47,428 nucleotides of DNA from a virus (Duplodnaviria > Heunggongvirae > Uroviricota > Caudoviricetes): the IMG/VR virus record IMGVR_UViG_2574180238_000003; one strand, written 5' to 3'. Of this stretch, positions 35,813-46,757 are shown piece by piece (positions within the stretch are counted from its first letter, which is position 1; every line of letters begins with the position of its first letter). The translations under genes were made by a program, and so were the position numbers. The notes beneath the pieces were generated by a model. That model had not been told where the DNA came from. It saw only the letters and a list, made by a program, of their open reading frames with translations, and ran no database searches.

Positions 35813-38393
35813 TCTTGTTATTGACCTGAGTCTGGATGCGGTCCGTTTCGATGAGCAGATGAGCCGGGTAAGGCGTCATTTTTCCGGACTGGATACCGAC
35901 GCCAGAAAGACCGCCAGTGCTGTTGAGCAGGGGCTGAGCCGCCAGGCGCTGGCTGCACAAAAAGCCGGGATTTCCGTCGGGCAGTATAAAGCGGCCATGC
36001 GAACCCTGCCTGCACAGTTTACGGATATCGCCACGCAGCTTGCCGGTGGTCAGAATCCCTGGCTCATCCTGCTGCAACAGGGCGGTCAGGTGAAGGACTC
36101 CTTCGGCGGGATGATCCCCATGTTCCGGGGGCTTGCCGGTGCGATCAGCCTGCCGATGGTCGGGGTCACCTCGCTGGCGGTGGCGACCGGTGCGCTGGTG
36201 TACGCCTGGTACCAGGGGGATTCCACGCTTTCAGCGTTTAATAAAACCCTGGTTCTTTCCGGTAATCAGTCAGGACTGACGGCAGAGCGCATGCTGACGC
36301 TCTCCAGAGCCGGGCAGGCGGCAGGGCTGACGTTTAACCAGGCGGGAGAGTCACTGGCAGCCCTGGTCAGTGCCGGTGTGCGTGGTGGTGAACAGTTTGA
36401 TGCCATTAACCAGAGTGTCGCGCGTTTTGCGTCTGCCTCCGGTGTGGAGGTGGACAAGGTTGCAGAGGCTTTCGGAAAACTGACCACCGACCCGACGTCG
36501 GGGCTGACTGCGATGGCACGCCAGTTCCGCAACGTGACGGCGGAGCAGATTGCGTATGTTGCACAGCTGCAGCGTTCCGGAGACGAGGCCGGTGCCTTAC
36601 AGGCGGCGAACGATATCGCCACGAAAGGCTTTGATGACCAGACCCGCCGCCTGAAAGAGAACATGGGGACGCTGGAAACCTGGGCGGATAAAACAGGAAA
36701 GGCGTTCAAATCGATGTGGGATGCCATTCTGGATATCGGTCGTCCGGAATCTTCTGCGGACATGCTCGCCAGTGCGCAGAAGGCATTTGATGAAGCGGAT
36801 AAAAAATGGCAGTGGTACCAGAGCCGGAGCCTGCGCCACGGTAAAACCTCCTCTTTCCGGGCCAACCTTCAGGGTGCATGGGATGACCGGGAAAATGCCC
36901 GTCTGGGGCTGGCGGCGGCAACGCTGCAGTCGGATATGGAAAAAGCCGGTGAACTGGCGGCAAGGGACAGGGCTGAGCGTGAGGCGTCACAGCTGAAGTA
37001 TACCGGAGAGGCGCAGAAAGCGTATGAACGCCTGCTGTCGCCGCTGGAGAAATATACCGCCCGTCAGGAAGAACTGAACAGGGCCCTGAGAGACGGGAAA
37101 ATCCTGCAGGCGGATTACAACACGCTGATGGCGTCGGCGAAAAAGGATTATGAATCGACGCTGAAAAAACCGAAGTCGTCAGGTGCGAAGGTGTCTGCCG
37201 GTGAGCGCCAGGAAGACCGGGCACATGCTGCCCTGCTGGCGCTTGAAACCGAGCTCCGGACGCTGGAGAAGCACAGCGGTGCGAATGAGAAAATCAGCCA
37301 GCAGCGCCGTGATTTATGGAAGGCGGAAAGCCAGTATGCCGTGTTACATGAAAAGCTGCTTGTGGATGCACAGGCCGGACAGAAAAAATCACTTGCATTG
37401 CAGGAAAAATCCCTGCTGGTTCATGAGAAAGAAACGCTGGAGTACAAACGCCAGCTGGCTGAGCTGGGTGACAAGGTGGAGCACCAGAAACGCCTGAATG
37501 AGCTGGCACAGCAGGCGGTGCGGTTTGAAGAGCAACAGAGCGCGAAGCAGGCCGCCATCAGCGCAAAAGCCCGCGGTCTCACTGACCGTCAGGCGCAGCG
37601 GGAGTCTGAAGCGCAGCGTCTTCGTGACGTGTATGGCGATAATCCGCAGGCGCTGGCCCGGGTCACCGGGGCACTGAAACAGACATGGGCGGATGAAGAC
37701 ATGCTGCGCGGTGACTGGCTGGCCGGGCTGAAGTCCGGCTGGGGGGAGTGGGCGGAAAGTGCGACGGACAGTTTTTCGCAGGTTAAAAGTGCTGCCACGC
37801 AGACCTTTGACGGTATTGCACAGAATATGGCGGCGATGCTGACCGGTGCAGAGGCAGACTGGCGGGGATTCACCCGTTCGGTGCTGTCCATGATGACAGA
37901 AATCCTGCTTAAACAGGCCATGGTGGGCATTGTCGGGCGTATCGGCAGCGCCATTGGTGGTGCTTTCGGTGGTGGTGCATCTGCTTCCTCGGGGACGGCC
38001 ATTGAGGCTGCGGCGGCGAACTTCCATTTCGCGACCGGAGGATTTACGGGGACGGGCGGCAAATATGAGCCTGCGGGGATAGTTCACCGCGGGGAGTTTG
38101 TTTTCACGAAAGAGGCAACCAGCCGGATAGGTGTGGGGAATCTTTACCGTCTGATGCGCGGCTATGCGGAAGGTGGTTATGTGGGTGGTGCCGGAAGTCC
38201 GGCGCAGATGCGGCGGGCGGAAGGTATTAATTTTAATCAGAACAATCACGTGGTGATTCAGAACGACGGTATCAACGGACAGGCGGGGCCGCAGCTGATG
38301 AAGGCGGTGTATGACATGGCCCGCAAGGGGGCGCAGGATGAACTCCGGCTGCAGTTGCGTGATGGCGGTATGTTATCAGGGAGCGGGCGATGA
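35793..38393 (+). CDS. H: Tail tape measure protein H
   Basis: 866 aa; extensive collinearity with recalled lambda H (PVGDLVIDLSLDAVRFDEQM..., GISVGQYKAAMR..., C-terminal GGFTGTGGKYEPAGIVHRGEFVFTKEATSRIG). Confidence 0.9.
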   Translation: MSQPVGDLVIDLSLDAVRFDEQMSRVRRHFSGLDTDARKTASAVEQGLSRQALAAQKAGISVGQYKAAMRTLPAQFTDIATQLAGGQNPWLILLQQGGQVKDSFGGMIPMFRGLAGAISLPMVGVTSLAVATGALVYAWYQGDSTLSAFNKTLVLSGNQSGLTAERMLTLSRAGQAAGLTFNQAGESLAALVSAGVRGGEQFDAINQSVARFASASGVEVDKVAEAFGKLTTDPTSGLTAMARQFRNVTAEQIAYVAQLQRSGDEAGALQAANDIATKGFDDQTRRLKENMGTLETWADKTGKAFKSMWDAILDIGRPESSADMLASAQKAFDEADKKWQWYQSRSLRHGKTSSFRANLQGAWDDRENARLGLAAATLQSDMEKAGELAARDRAEREASQLKYTGEAQKAYERLLSPLEKYTARQEELNRALRDGKILQADYNTLMASAKKDYESTLKKPKSSGAKVSAGERQEDRAHAALLALETELRTLEKHSGANEKISQQRRDLWKAESQYAVLHEKLLVDAQAGQKKSLALQEKSLLVHEKETLEYKRQLAELGDKVEHQKRLNELAQQAVRFEEQQSAKQAAISAKARGLTDRQAQRESEAQRLRDVYGDNPQALARVTGALKQTWADEDMLRGDWLAGLKSGWGEWAESATDSFSQVKSAATQTFDGIAQNMAAMLTGAEADWRGFTRSVLSMMTEILLKQAMVGIVGRIGSAIGGAFGGGASASSGTAIEAAAANFHFATGGFTGTGGKYEPAGIVHRGEFVFTKEATSRIGVGNLYRLMRGYAEGGYVGGAGSPAQMRRAEGINFNQNNHVVIQNDGINGQAGPQLMKAVYDMARKGAQDELRLQLRDGGMLSGSGR

Positions 38394-38719
38394 AAACCTT
38401 TCGCTGGAAAGTGAAGCCGGATATGGAGGTGAACTCGCAGCCGTCGGTGCGTGAAGTGCGTTTTGGTGACGGGTACTCACAGCGTATGGCGGCAGGGCTG
38501 AATGCTGACCTGAAAACATACCGGGTGATGCTTTCCGTGAGCCGGGAGGAGGCCCGGCATCTGGAAGCGTTCCTGGCAGAGCACGGGGGCTGGAAGGCAT
38601 TTTTGTGGAAGCCACCCTATGCATACCGGCAGATAAAGGTGACCTGTGCCGGGTGGTCTGCGCGGGTCGGGATGTTGCGCGTTGAGTTCAGCGCGGAGTT
38701 TAAGCAGGTGGTGAACTGA
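38390..38719 (+). CDS. M: Tail tip protein M
   Basis: MKTFRWKVKPDMEVNSQPSVREVRFGDGYSQR... matches recalled lambda M. Confidence 0.9.
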   Translation: MKTFRWKVKPDMEVNSQPSVREVRFGDGYSQRMAAGLNADLKTYRVMLSVSREEARHLEAFLAEHGGWKAFLWKPPYAYRQIKVTCAGWSARVGMLRVEFSAEFKQVVN

Positions 38720-39417
38720 TGCAGGATATTCACGAAGAAAGCCTGAACGAGTCGGTTAAGTCAGAGCAGTCACCGCGGGTGGTGCTCTGGGAAATCGACC
38801 TGACGGTGCAGGGCGGTGAGCGGTATTTTTTCTGCAATGAGCTGAATGAAAAAGGGGAGCCGGTGACCTGGCAGGGGCGTGAATATCAGGCGTACCCGAT
38901 TGAGGGCAGCGGCTTTGAGATGAACGGAAAGGGCAGCAGTGCCCGCCCGTCGCTGACGGTGTCCAATCTTTTCAGCCTTGTCACCGGGATGGCGGAGGAT
39001 TTGCAGAGCCTGGTGGGTGCCACGGTGGTCCGCCGCCGGGTGTATGCGCGTTTTCTTGATGCGGTGAACTTTGTGGCGGGGAATCCGGAGGCAGACCCGG
39101 AGCAGGAGCTGACGGACCGGTGGGTGGTGGAGCAGTTATCAGCGCTGACGGCCATGACGGCCTCGTTTGTGCTGGCGACACCGACGGAGACGGACGGTGC
39201 GCTGTTTCCCGGTCGCATCATGCTGGCGAACACCTGTATGTGGGATTACCGGGGCGATGAATGCGGGTATAACGGTCCGGCAGTGGCGGATGAGTTCGAC
39301 AACCCCACCACGGATATCCGGAAGGACAGATGCAGTAAATGCATGCGCGGGTGTGAGATGCGCGGCATGGTGGCTAATTTCGGCGGTTTCCTTTCCATTA
39401 ATAAACTTTCGCAGTAA
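38719..39417 (+). CDS. L: Tail tip protein L
   Basis: 232 aa; collinear with recalled lambda L, including the C-terminal Cys cluster (CSKCMRGCEMRG). Confidence 0.9.
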   Translation: MQDIHEESLNESVKSEQSPRVVLWEIDLTVQGGERYFFCNELNEKGEPVTWQGREYQAYPIEGSGFEMNGKGSSARPSLTVSNLFSLVTGMAEDLQSLVGATVVRRRVYARFLDAVNFVAGNPEADPEQELTDRWVVEQLSALTAMTASFVLATPTETDGALFPGRIMLANTCMWDYRGDECGYNGPAVADEFDNPTTDIRKDRCSKCMRGCEMRGMVANFGGFLSINKLSQ

Positions 39418-39427
39418 ATCCCGTTTT

Positions 39428-40171
39428 ATGACACAGACTGAATCAGCGATTCTGGCGCATGCCCGGCGGTGTGCGCCAGCGGAGTCGTGCGGCTTCGTGA
39501 TAAGCACCCCGGAGGGCGAACGGTACCAGCCCTGCGTGAATATCTCCGCAGAGCCGGAGGCGTATTTTCGTATTGCACCGGAAGACTGGCTGCAGGCACA
39601 GATGCAGGGGGAGATTGTGGCGCTGGTCCACAGTCATCCCGGTGGACTGCCCTGGCTGAGCGAGGCGGACCGGCGGCTGCAGATAAAGAGTGCCCTGCCC
39701 TGGTGGCTGGTCTGCCGGGGTGACATTCACCGGTTCCGCTGTGTGCCGCACCTGACCGGACGGCGCTTTGAACACGGTGTGACGGACTGTTACACCCTGT
39801 TCCGGGATGCTTACCATCTGGCGGGGATAACGCTGCCGGATTTTGTGCGTGAGGATGACTGGTGGCGCAACGGTCAGAACCTGTACCTGGACAACCTGGC
39901 GGAAAACGGCTTTTACCGGGTGTCTCCGTCCCGTGCACAGGCAGGCGATATTCTGCTGTGCTGCTTTGGCGCATCGGTGCCGAATCATGCCGCCATTTAC
40001 TGTGGCAACGGTGAACTGCTTCACCATATACCTGAACAACTGAGTAAACGGGAGAGGTATTCAGAGAAATGGCAACGACGAACGCATTCTGTCTGGCGTC
40101 ACCGCCACTGGTCCGCATCTGCCTTCACGGGGATTTACAACGATTTGGTCGCCGCATCAGCCTGTATGTGA
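39428..40171 (+). CDS. K: Tail tip assembly protein K (NlpC/P60 plus MPN/JAB-like)
   Basis: Start ATG 39428 (MTQTESAILAHARRCAPAESCGFV...); HSHP motif and a downstream Cys/His region; matches recalled lambda K. Confidence 0.85.
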   Translation: MTQTESAILAHARRCAPAESCGFVISTPEGERYQPCVNISAEPEAYFRIAPEDWLQAQMQGEIVALVHSHPGGLPWLSEADRRLQIKSALPWWLVCRGDIHRFRCVPHLTGRRFEHGVTDCYTLFRDAYHLAGITLPDFVREDDWWRNGQNLYLDNLAENGFYRVSPSRAQAGDILLCCFGASVPNHAAIYCGNGELLHHIPEQLSKRERYSEKWQRRTHSVWRHRHWSASAFTGIYNDLVAASACM

Positions 40172-40749
40172 ACACGGCAGCGGAGGCCATCCGTGCCCTG
40201 TCGCTGCAGGTGCCGGGATTCCGCTGTCAGATGAACGAAGGCTGGTATCAGATACGTATTGCCGGTGAGGATACCGCGCCGGAGGCGGTGTATGCCCGTC
40301 TTCATGAACCGTTGAGCGGGAGGGCCGTGATTCATATTGTACCGAGGCTGGCAGGGGCCGGGGGAAATGGTGTTTTTCAGGTGGTGCTGGGGGCAGCAGC
40401 CATCGTGGGCTCTTTCTTCACCGCCGGCGCAACGATGGCGTTGTGGGGCGCAGCCCTGAGTGCCGGAGGGCTGACTGCCACCACGATGCTGTTCTCACTG
40501 GGTGCCAGCATGATACTGGGTGGTGTGGCCCAGATGCTGGCCCCGAAGGCAAAGACGCCGGAATACAAAAGTACGGATAACGGTAAACAGAACACGTATT
40601 TTTCGTCACTGGACAACATGATTGCCCAGGGTAACCCGATGCCGGTGCCTTACGGTGAAATGCTGGTTGGTTCACGACGGATATCCCAGGACATCAGCAC
40701 CCGTGATGAGGGCGGAGACGGGAAAGTGGTGGTTATCGGACGGGGATAA
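40069..40749 (+). CDS. I: Tail assembly protein I
   Basis: 226-aa ORF overlapping the K 3' end in the lambda I position; hydrophobic Gly/Ala-rich middle. Confidence 0.8.
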   Translation: MATTNAFCLASPPLVRICLHGDLQRFGRRISLYVNTAAEAIRALSLQVPGFRCQMNEGWYQIRIAGEDTAPEAVYARLHEPLSGRAVIHIVPRLAGAGGNGVFQVVLGAAAIVGSFFTAGATMALWGAALSAGGLTATTMLFSLGASMILGGVAQMLAPKAKTPEYKSTDNGKQNTYFSSLDNMIAQGNPMPVPYGEMLVGSRRISQDISTRDEGGDGKVVVIGRG

Positions 40750-41173
40750 AAATAAAAAAATCCCGCAGAGTTAGCGGAGCTGCGGGAAGAGATACGAAGA
40801 TTAACTGTAAGGAGTTATTATTATGTCACAGCAAAAAAAACGGTAACGCAGAGAAATTATAAGCGCCACTGGGATTTTGTGAAAATGTGAAGAATTTCAG
40901 AAATTTTCTGTTGCGGAGCTGAACTAAAAAACGCTCCCGCAATACACCTGGATATTAACGGGAGGAACGAATAGTCACCTTAAGGAGTTGCGATTAATTG
41001 CTTTTATTGACCGCAGGTAATCTACCCATCCGGCAAGGTTTCCTCCACGGGAATTTGCCGGAAATGTGAAGAATTTCAGAAATTTTATTCCGTCATGACA
41101 CAGGCCCCCTCCGGGGTGCCTGTCGTTTTCTGGCATAAACAGATTCAGACATCAGACAGGAGAGGGGGACAGA

Positions 41174-44100
41174 GTGGGTAAAGGGGGCGGCAAGGGGCAC
41201 ACACCGCGTGAGGCGAAGGACAATCTCAAATCAACGCAGATGATGAGCGTGATTGATGCCATTGGTGAGGGACCGGTGGAAGGTCCGGTGAAGGGACTGC
41301 AGAGTATTCTGGTGAACAAAACCCCGCTGACGGACACGGACGGTAATCCTGTGATACACGGTGTGACCGCCGTCTGGCGTGCCGGGGAGCAGGAGCAGAC
41401 ACCGCCGGAAGGCTTTGAGTCCTCCGGGGCGGAAACCGCACTGGGCGTGGAGGTGACGAAGGCAAAGCCGGTGACGCGCACCATCACGTCAGCGAACATT
41501 GACCGTCTGCGGGTCACCTTCGGGGTGCAGTCACTGGTGGAGACCACCTCAAAGGGTGACCGTAACCCCTCTTCTGTCCGCCTGCTGATTCAGCTTGAGC
41601 GTAACGGTAACTGGGTGACGGAGAAGGATATCACCATTAACGGCAAGACTACCTCGCAGTACCTGACGTCGGTGATTCTGAATAATCTCCCTGAGCGCCC
41701 CTTTAACATCCGGATGGTCAGGGAGACGGCGGACAGCACCACGGACCAGCTGCAGAACAGAACGCTGTGGTCGTCATACACCGAAATCATCGATGTGAAA
41801 CAGTGCTACCCGAACACGGCGATTGTGGGGCTGCAGGTGGATGCGGAGCAGTTTGGTGGCCAGCAGCTGACGGTGAACTACCATATCCGTGGTCGCATCA
41901 TCCAGGTGCCGTCAAACTATGACCCGGAAAAACGCACCTACAGCGGTATCTGGGACGGGAGTCTGAAACCGGCATACAGCAATAACCCGGCCTGGTGCCT
42001 GTGGGACATGCTGACCCACCCGCGCTACGGGATGGGAAAACGCCTGGGGGCCGCGGATGTGGACAAGTGGGCACTGTATGCCATCGGGCAGTACTGCGAC
42101 CAGACGGTCCCGGATGGTTTCGGAGGCACAGAGCCGCGGATGACCTTTAATGCGTACCTGTCACAGCAGCGTAAGGTGTGGGATGTCCTGGGGGATTTCT
42201 GCTCGGCGATGCGCTGTATGCCGGTATGGAACGGCCAGACGCTGACGTTCGTTCAGGACCGCCCGTCGGATGTGGTGTGGCCGTACACCAACAGCGATGT
42301 GGTGGTGGATGATAACGGCGTGGGGTTCCGCTACAGCTTCAGTGCCCTGAAGGACCGGCACACGGCGGTGGAGGTGAATTACACTGACCCGCAGAACGGC
42401 TGGCAGACTTCCACGGAACTGGTGGAAGACCCGGACGCCATCCTGCGCTACGGACGCAATCTGCTGAAGATGGATGCGTTTGGCTGTACCAGCCGCGGTC
42501 AGGCCCACCGTGCCGGACTGTGGGTGATAAAGACCGAACTGCTGGAAACGCAGACGGTGGATTTCACGCTCGGGTCACAGGGGCTGCGGCACACACCCGG
42601 TGACATCATTGAAATCTGTGATAACGACTACGCCGGGACCCTGACCGGCGGACGCATCCTGTCCATGGATGCCGCCAGTCGCACCCTGACGCTGGACCGT
42701 GAGGTGACACTGCCGGAGACAGGTACATCGACGGTGAACCTGATTAACGGCAGCGGTAAGCCGGTGCGCGTGGACATCACTGCACACCCCGCCCCTGACC
42801 GGATACAGGTCAGCGTCCTGCCTGATGGCGTGGCAACATACGGTGTGTGGGGACTCTCCCTGCCGTCACTGCGTCGTCGCCTGTTCCGCTGTGTTTCCAT
42901 CCGGGAAAACACGGACGGCACCTTTGCCATCACGGCAGTGCAGCACGTACCGGAAAAAGAAGCCATTGTGGATAACGGAGCCCGCTTTGAGCCGCTGTCC
43001 GGTTCACTGAACAGCGTCATCCCGCCGGCAGTGCAGCACCTCACGGTGGAGGTGAGTGCCTCAGACGGCCAGTATCTGGCGCTGGCGAAATGGGACACGC
43101 CGCGGGTGGTGAAGGGCGTGCGCTTCAGTCTGCGCCTGACCAGTGGCAGTGGTGAAAACAGCCGCCTGGTGACCACCGCCATCACTGCCGACACGGAGCA
43201 CCGTTTCAGTGGCCTGCCTCTGGGGGAATACACCCTGACGGTCAGGGCGATAAACAGCTACGGCCAGCAGGGCGAACCTGCCACCACCACGTTCCGGATT
43301 AACGCCCCGGCAGCACCGGACAGCATTGAGCTGACGCCGGGGTATTATCAGATAACAGCAGTACCGGTGCTGGCGGTGTATGACCCGACGGTACAGTATG
43401 AATTCTGGTTCTCAGAAAAACGCATCACGGACACGGCACAGGTGGAAATCTCTGCCCGTTATCTGGGGACAGGCAGCCAGTGGAGTGTCTCCGGCCCGCA
43501 CATTAAGCCGGGGAGGGATTTCTGGTTTTATGTGCGCAGCGTCAACCTGGTGGGGAAATCTGCGTTTGTGGAAGCCAGTGGCCGGGCGAGCAATGATGCG
43601 GAAGGGTATCTGGACTTTTTCAGAGGAGAAATCGGGAAGACACATCTGGCACAGGGGATGTGGGAGCTGATTGATAACAGCCAGCTTGACGATGAGATGG
43701 CGGAGATGAAGACCACCATCACCGAAACCCGCAATGAAATCACGCAGACGGTCAGTAAAACTCTGGAAGACCAGAGTGCCACCATACAGCAGATACAGCG
43801 GGTGCAGACAGACACAAATAACGACCTGGCTGCGCTGTACATGCTGAAGGTGCAGAAAACAAAAAACGGCATTCCGTATGTTGCCGGTATAGGTGCGGGG
43901 ATTGAGGATGCTGATGGCCAGCCCCTGAGCAATATACTGCTGCAGGCGGACCGTATCGCGATGATTAACCCGGAGAACGGCAACACCACGCCGCTGTTTG
44001 TGGCGCAGGGGAATCAGCTGTTCATGAACGATGTGTTCCTGAAGCGGTTGTTTGCAGTGAGCATCACCTCGTCCGGCAATCCCCCGACGTTCTCCCTGAC

Positions 44101-44641
44101 GCCGGAGGGCAGGCTGACGGCCCGCAATGCGGACATCAGCGGACATATCAGTGCGAACTCGGGCACGCTCAATAATGTCGTGATAGCGGAGAACTGTACG
44201 ATAAATGGCACGCTGAAAGCGGAGAACATTATTGGTGATCTTGTGAAATGTGCAGGGGTGGCTTTTCCGGTGGATGGTAGTTACCTTGCGAACGGTACAC
44301 GAACGCTGACGGTGTATGACGATCACAGCTTTGACCGGCAGATTATAATCCCGCCGATAATCTATGTCGGGTCAAAACAGGAATCCCGCACCAGTAATGA
44401 CATCTGGACAGAGTGCTTCCTGCATGTTGATCAGAACGGACGCCGGATTTATTCAGGCAGGTCAGTGACAGAGCCGGGAATTTTCAGCGGGATCATCGAT
44501 ATGCCAGCCGGTCATGGTCATATCACCCTGAGTTTTACCGTAAGTTCACGACGTCAGAACGGGAGTTTTGGCAGTTCACGTATCAGTAACCTTCAGGCGA
44601 TAGTGGTGAAGAAAAACAGCGCGGGGATCAGTATCCGCTGA
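41174..44641 (+). CDS. J: Central tail fibre / host-specificity protein J
   Basis: 1155 aa, GTG start; N-terminus [21 protein letters not shown]... and long stretches are collinear with recalled lambda J; the extreme C-terminus diverges. Confidence 0.9.
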   Translation: MGKGGGKGHTPREAKDNLKSTQMMSVIDAIGEGPVEGPVKGLQSILVNKTPLTDTDGNPVIHGVTAVWRAGEQEQTPPEGFESSGAETALGVEVTKAKPVTRTITSANIDRLRVTFGVQSLVETTSKGDRNPSSVRLLIQLERNGNWVTEKDITINGKTTSQYLTSVILNNLPERPFNIRMVRETADSTTDQLQNRTLWSSYTEIIDVKQCYPNTAIVGLQVDAEQFGGQQLTVNYHIRGRIIQVPSNYDPEKRTYSGIWDGSLKPAYSNNPAWCLWDMLTHPRYGMGKRLGAADVDKWALYAIGQYCDQTVPDGFGGTEPRMTFNAYLSQQRKVWDVLGDFCSAMRCMPVWNGQTLTFVQDRPSDVVWPYTNSDVVVDDNGVGFRYSFSALKDRHTAVEVNYTDPQNGWQTSTELVEDPDAILRYGRNLLKMDAFGCTSRGQAHRAGLWVIKTELLETQTVDFTLGSQGLRHTPGDIIEICDNDYAGTLTGGRILSMDAASRTLTLDREVTLPETGTSTVNLINGSGKPVRVDITAHPAPDRIQVSVLPDGVATYGVWGLSLPSLRRRLFRCVSIRENTDGTFAITAVQHVPEKEAIVDNGARFEPLSGSLNSVIPPAVQHLTVEVSASDGQYLALAKWDTPRVVKGVRFSLRLTSGSGENSRLVTTAITADTEHRFSGLPLGEYTLTVRAINSYGQQGEPATTTFRINAPAAPDSIELTPGYYQITAVPVLAVYDPTVQYEFWFSEKRITDTAQVEISARYLGTGSQWSVSGPHIKPGRDFWFYVRSVNLVGKSAFVEASGRASNDAEGYLDFFRGEIGKTHLAQGMWELIDNSQLDDEMAEMKTTITETRNEITQTVSKTLEDQSATIQQIQRVQTDTNNDLAALYMLKVQKTKNGIPYVAGIGAGIEDADGQPLSNILLQADRIAMINPENGNTTPLFVAQGNQLFMNDVFLKRLFAVSITSSGNPPTFSLTPEGRLTARNADISGHISANSGTLNNVVIAENCTINGTLKAENIIGDLVKCAGVAFPVDGSYLANGTRTLTVYDDHSFDRQIIIPPIIYVGSKQESRTSNDIWTECFLHVDQNGRRIYSGRSVTEPGIFSGIIDMPAGHGHITLSFTVSSRRQNGSFGSSRISNLQAIVVKKNSAGISIR

Positions 44642-44839
44642 ACATCGCGCCCCGGGATTGCCGGAAGGAGACAAAAACCGTACAGTATGCGCGGGTGCCT
44701 TTGGCTGATGGCCGGAGGGAACACCTGAAGGCCGGATGTGAAAAGGCCCCGGGCAAACATTCATGTTTAACCCGAGGCCTGACCATTCATCCTAAGCAAG
44801 TGAAAGGTTAGCGCCTCTCCGTAAAAGGAGCAAGCGTTT

Positions 44840-44980
44840 ATGTCGCAAAAACCGTTAAAAACCACCGTGATTTGTATCACGGTAGTGCTCATTATCTGGA
44901 TCACCCACAGTTCACTGTGCGAGTTCCGGTTCCGGATAGCGGGCGCGGAGATTGCGGCGTTCTTACAGTGTAAGCAGTAA
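44840..44980 (+). CDS. Hok/Gef-family-like small toxin (46 aa)
   Basis: AAGGAG RBS 9 nt upstream; MSQKPLKTTVICITVVLIIWITHSSLCEFRFRIAGAEIAAFLQCKQ has a TM helix then the SLCE-(I/F)R...E(V/I)AAF signature; GC hairpin ggcgggggg-agaata-ccccccgcc downstream. Confidence 0.6.
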   Translation: MSQKPLKTTVICITVVLIIWITHSSLCEFRFRIAGAEIAAFLQCKQ

Positions 44981-45072
44981 GAAACCGTGGCGGGGGAGAA
45001 TACCCCCCGCCGACCGGTTGCTGAGGGTGGTCAGCCGGATGGCACCGTTTTAACACCAACAAACCACAAATA

Positions 45073-45108
45073 TTACCGCAGGCCGGGAAACCGGTACTGC
45101 GGTTTTTT
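45073..45108 (+). terminator. Intrinsic terminator
   Basis: accgcaggccgggaaaccggtactgcggt compound hairpin followed by ttttttt. Confidence 0.6.
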
Positions 45109-45122
45109 TATGGGGGAAATCC

Positions 45123-46523
45123 ATGACAGTCAGAATATCGGGTGTGCTGAAGGATGGTACGGGAAAAGCGGTACCGGGATGCACGATAGAGCTGAAAGCG
45201 CGCCGCACAACGGAGACGGTGATTGTCACCACGGTGGCGTATGGTCAGCCGGGGGAAACCGGCAGTTACAGTATGGATGTTGAGCCGGGGTTGTACCGGG
45301 TGACGCTGAACACGGAAGGGTACGCGCCGTCATATGTGGGTGACATTCTGGTGAAGGCGGATTCTGCACCGGGAACGCTGAATAAATTTCTGATGGACCT
45401 GGAGGACGCACAGTATTACCCGAAAGCCCTTGCAGAGCTGGAAGCGGTGGCAGCGGAAATCCTGAAACGTGCAGAAGCGTCAGCGGCCAGTGCGGAGGAG
45501 GCAAAAAAACGGGCAGAGAATGCGCGGGGACCGAAGGGGGATAAGGGGGACACCGGGCCGCAGGGTATTCCCGGGCCAAAAGGCGATACCGGCGAGCGGG
45601 GGCCAAAGGGTGAGCGTGGTGAGACAGGACCACAGGGGCTTCAGGGTGTGAAAGGTGAACGGGGAGAGAAGGGCGAAAAAGGCGAGCCGGGAGGGCCGGA
45701 TGCGACGACGGCACAGAAGGGAATTGTGCAGTTAAGCAGCGCAACGGACAGTGATGATGAAACGAAGGCAGCCACCCCGAAAGCGGTGAAAGCGGCAATG
45801 GACAAAGCGGACGGATGCCTGGAGAAAGCGAAAAACGGTGACGATATCCCGGATAAGGTGAAGTTTCTGAACACCGTGGGAGCAGCCAGAGTATACGGGC
45901 GGGACATTCATACGGAGACCGGTGAATGGACCACGAGTGAGTTTGTGGCCTGGCTGAAAGAAAAGGGGGCATTTGACCAGCCTTACTGGATGATGAAGGC
46001 ATCACTGCTTGCGGAATTTAATAAGGTCATCACGGATGTCGGACCGGGAAAACTCAATCTGGGAGGCTGCGCCATTGAGGTGATGGGGACGTATAACGCA
46101 GCCATAGTCCGGGTCACCATCGGCGAATACGGTGGCGATGGTTTTCTGAACGGCACGGTCTGTACCTGTACAGTTTACGGAGACACACAACGTTTTCACT
46201 GGCGGGGGGATTACAGCACAAAAAACAAGCCCACAACAGCAAGCCTGACAGTAAATGGCTGGGAGCGTGATGAAGTAACCGGTCGTTTGCGGCAATGGGG
46301 CAGTATTGAGGTAAGTGAGGATGATGGTAAGCTTATGACACAACACTCTATCCGTTTTCCTGTCGCTTTTCCGGTTGCTGCTCTGAATGCTCAGGTGTCT
46401 GCAGTGGGAGACCCCAACGTCATTAAGATGTATACCCTGTCGAATCCGTCATTAGTGTCTGTGACTCTGATAACAGTCAGGGGATGCTACGGCAAGTTTT
46501 CATGGGAAGCGATCGGATACTGA
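45123..46523 (+). CDS. Side tail fibre protein (Stf-like) with collagen-like G-X-Y repeats
   Basis: N-terminus [28 protein letters not shown] matches recalled lambda Stf ([17 protein letters not shown]...); [10 protein letters not shown]...AATPKAVK conserved; 19 consecutive G-X-Y triplets ([13 protein letters not shown]...). Confidence 0.85.
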   Translation: MTVRISGVLKDGTGKAVPGCTIELKARRTTETVIVTTVAYGQPGETGSYSMDVEPGLYRVTLNTEGYAPSYVGDILVKADSAPGTLNKFLMDLEDAQYYPKALAELEAVAAEILKRAEASAASAEEAKKRAENARGPKGDKGDTGPQGIPGPKGDTGERGPKGERGETGPQGLQGVKGERGEKGEKGEPGGPDATTAQKGIVQLSSATDSDDETKAATPKAVKAAMDKADGCLEKAKNGDDIPDKVKFLNTVGAARVYGRDIHTETGEWTTSEFVAWLKEKGAFDQPYWMMKASLLAEFNKVITDVGPGKLNLGGCAIEVMGTYNAAIVRVTIGEYGGDGFLNGTVCTCTVYGDTQRFHWRGDYSTKNKPTTASLTVNGWERDEVTGRLRQWGSIEVSEDDGKLMTQHSIRFPVAFPVAALNAQVSAVGDPNVIKMYTLSNPSLVSVTLITVRGCYGKFSWEAIGY

Positions 46524-46532
46524 GGGCATTGT

Positions 46533-46757
46533 ATGGAACAGTATGTTTTTTCACCGTCAGAGAATATGTTTTATCCCCTGTCCCTGCGGCCGGTTTATGA
46601 GGCAGCAGGGCGCTGGCCGGAAGACGGTATTGTGGTGGATTATGTGGTGTATAAAGTCTTTGCAGCGGATGCTGCACCGGCAGGTATGAAGCGGGGCGTC
46701 GGTGCGGAAAAAATGCCGGTCTGGGTGCCGGTATCGGAGGAGGGCACGGAAACATGA
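46533..46757 (+). CDS. Hypothetical protein downstream of tail fibre
   Basis: 74-aa ORF, ATGA-coupled to the next gene. Confidence 0.4.
   Translation: MEQYVFSPSENMFYPLSLRPVYEAAGRWPEDGIVVDYVVYKVFAADAAPAGMKRGVGAEKMPVWVPVSEEGTET

Noticed and set aside
36266-38249. Several minus-strand ORFs (199, 172, 286, 157 aa) inside the tape measure gene H
   Set aside because: Overlap the H coding sequence on the opposite strand; low-complexity Pro/Arg/Ala-rich translations; no start signals.
45226-46005. 259-aa minus-strand ORF antisense to the side tail fibre gene
   Set aside because: Pro/Ser-rich translation produced by reading the collagen-like G-X-Y repeat region in reverse; artefact.
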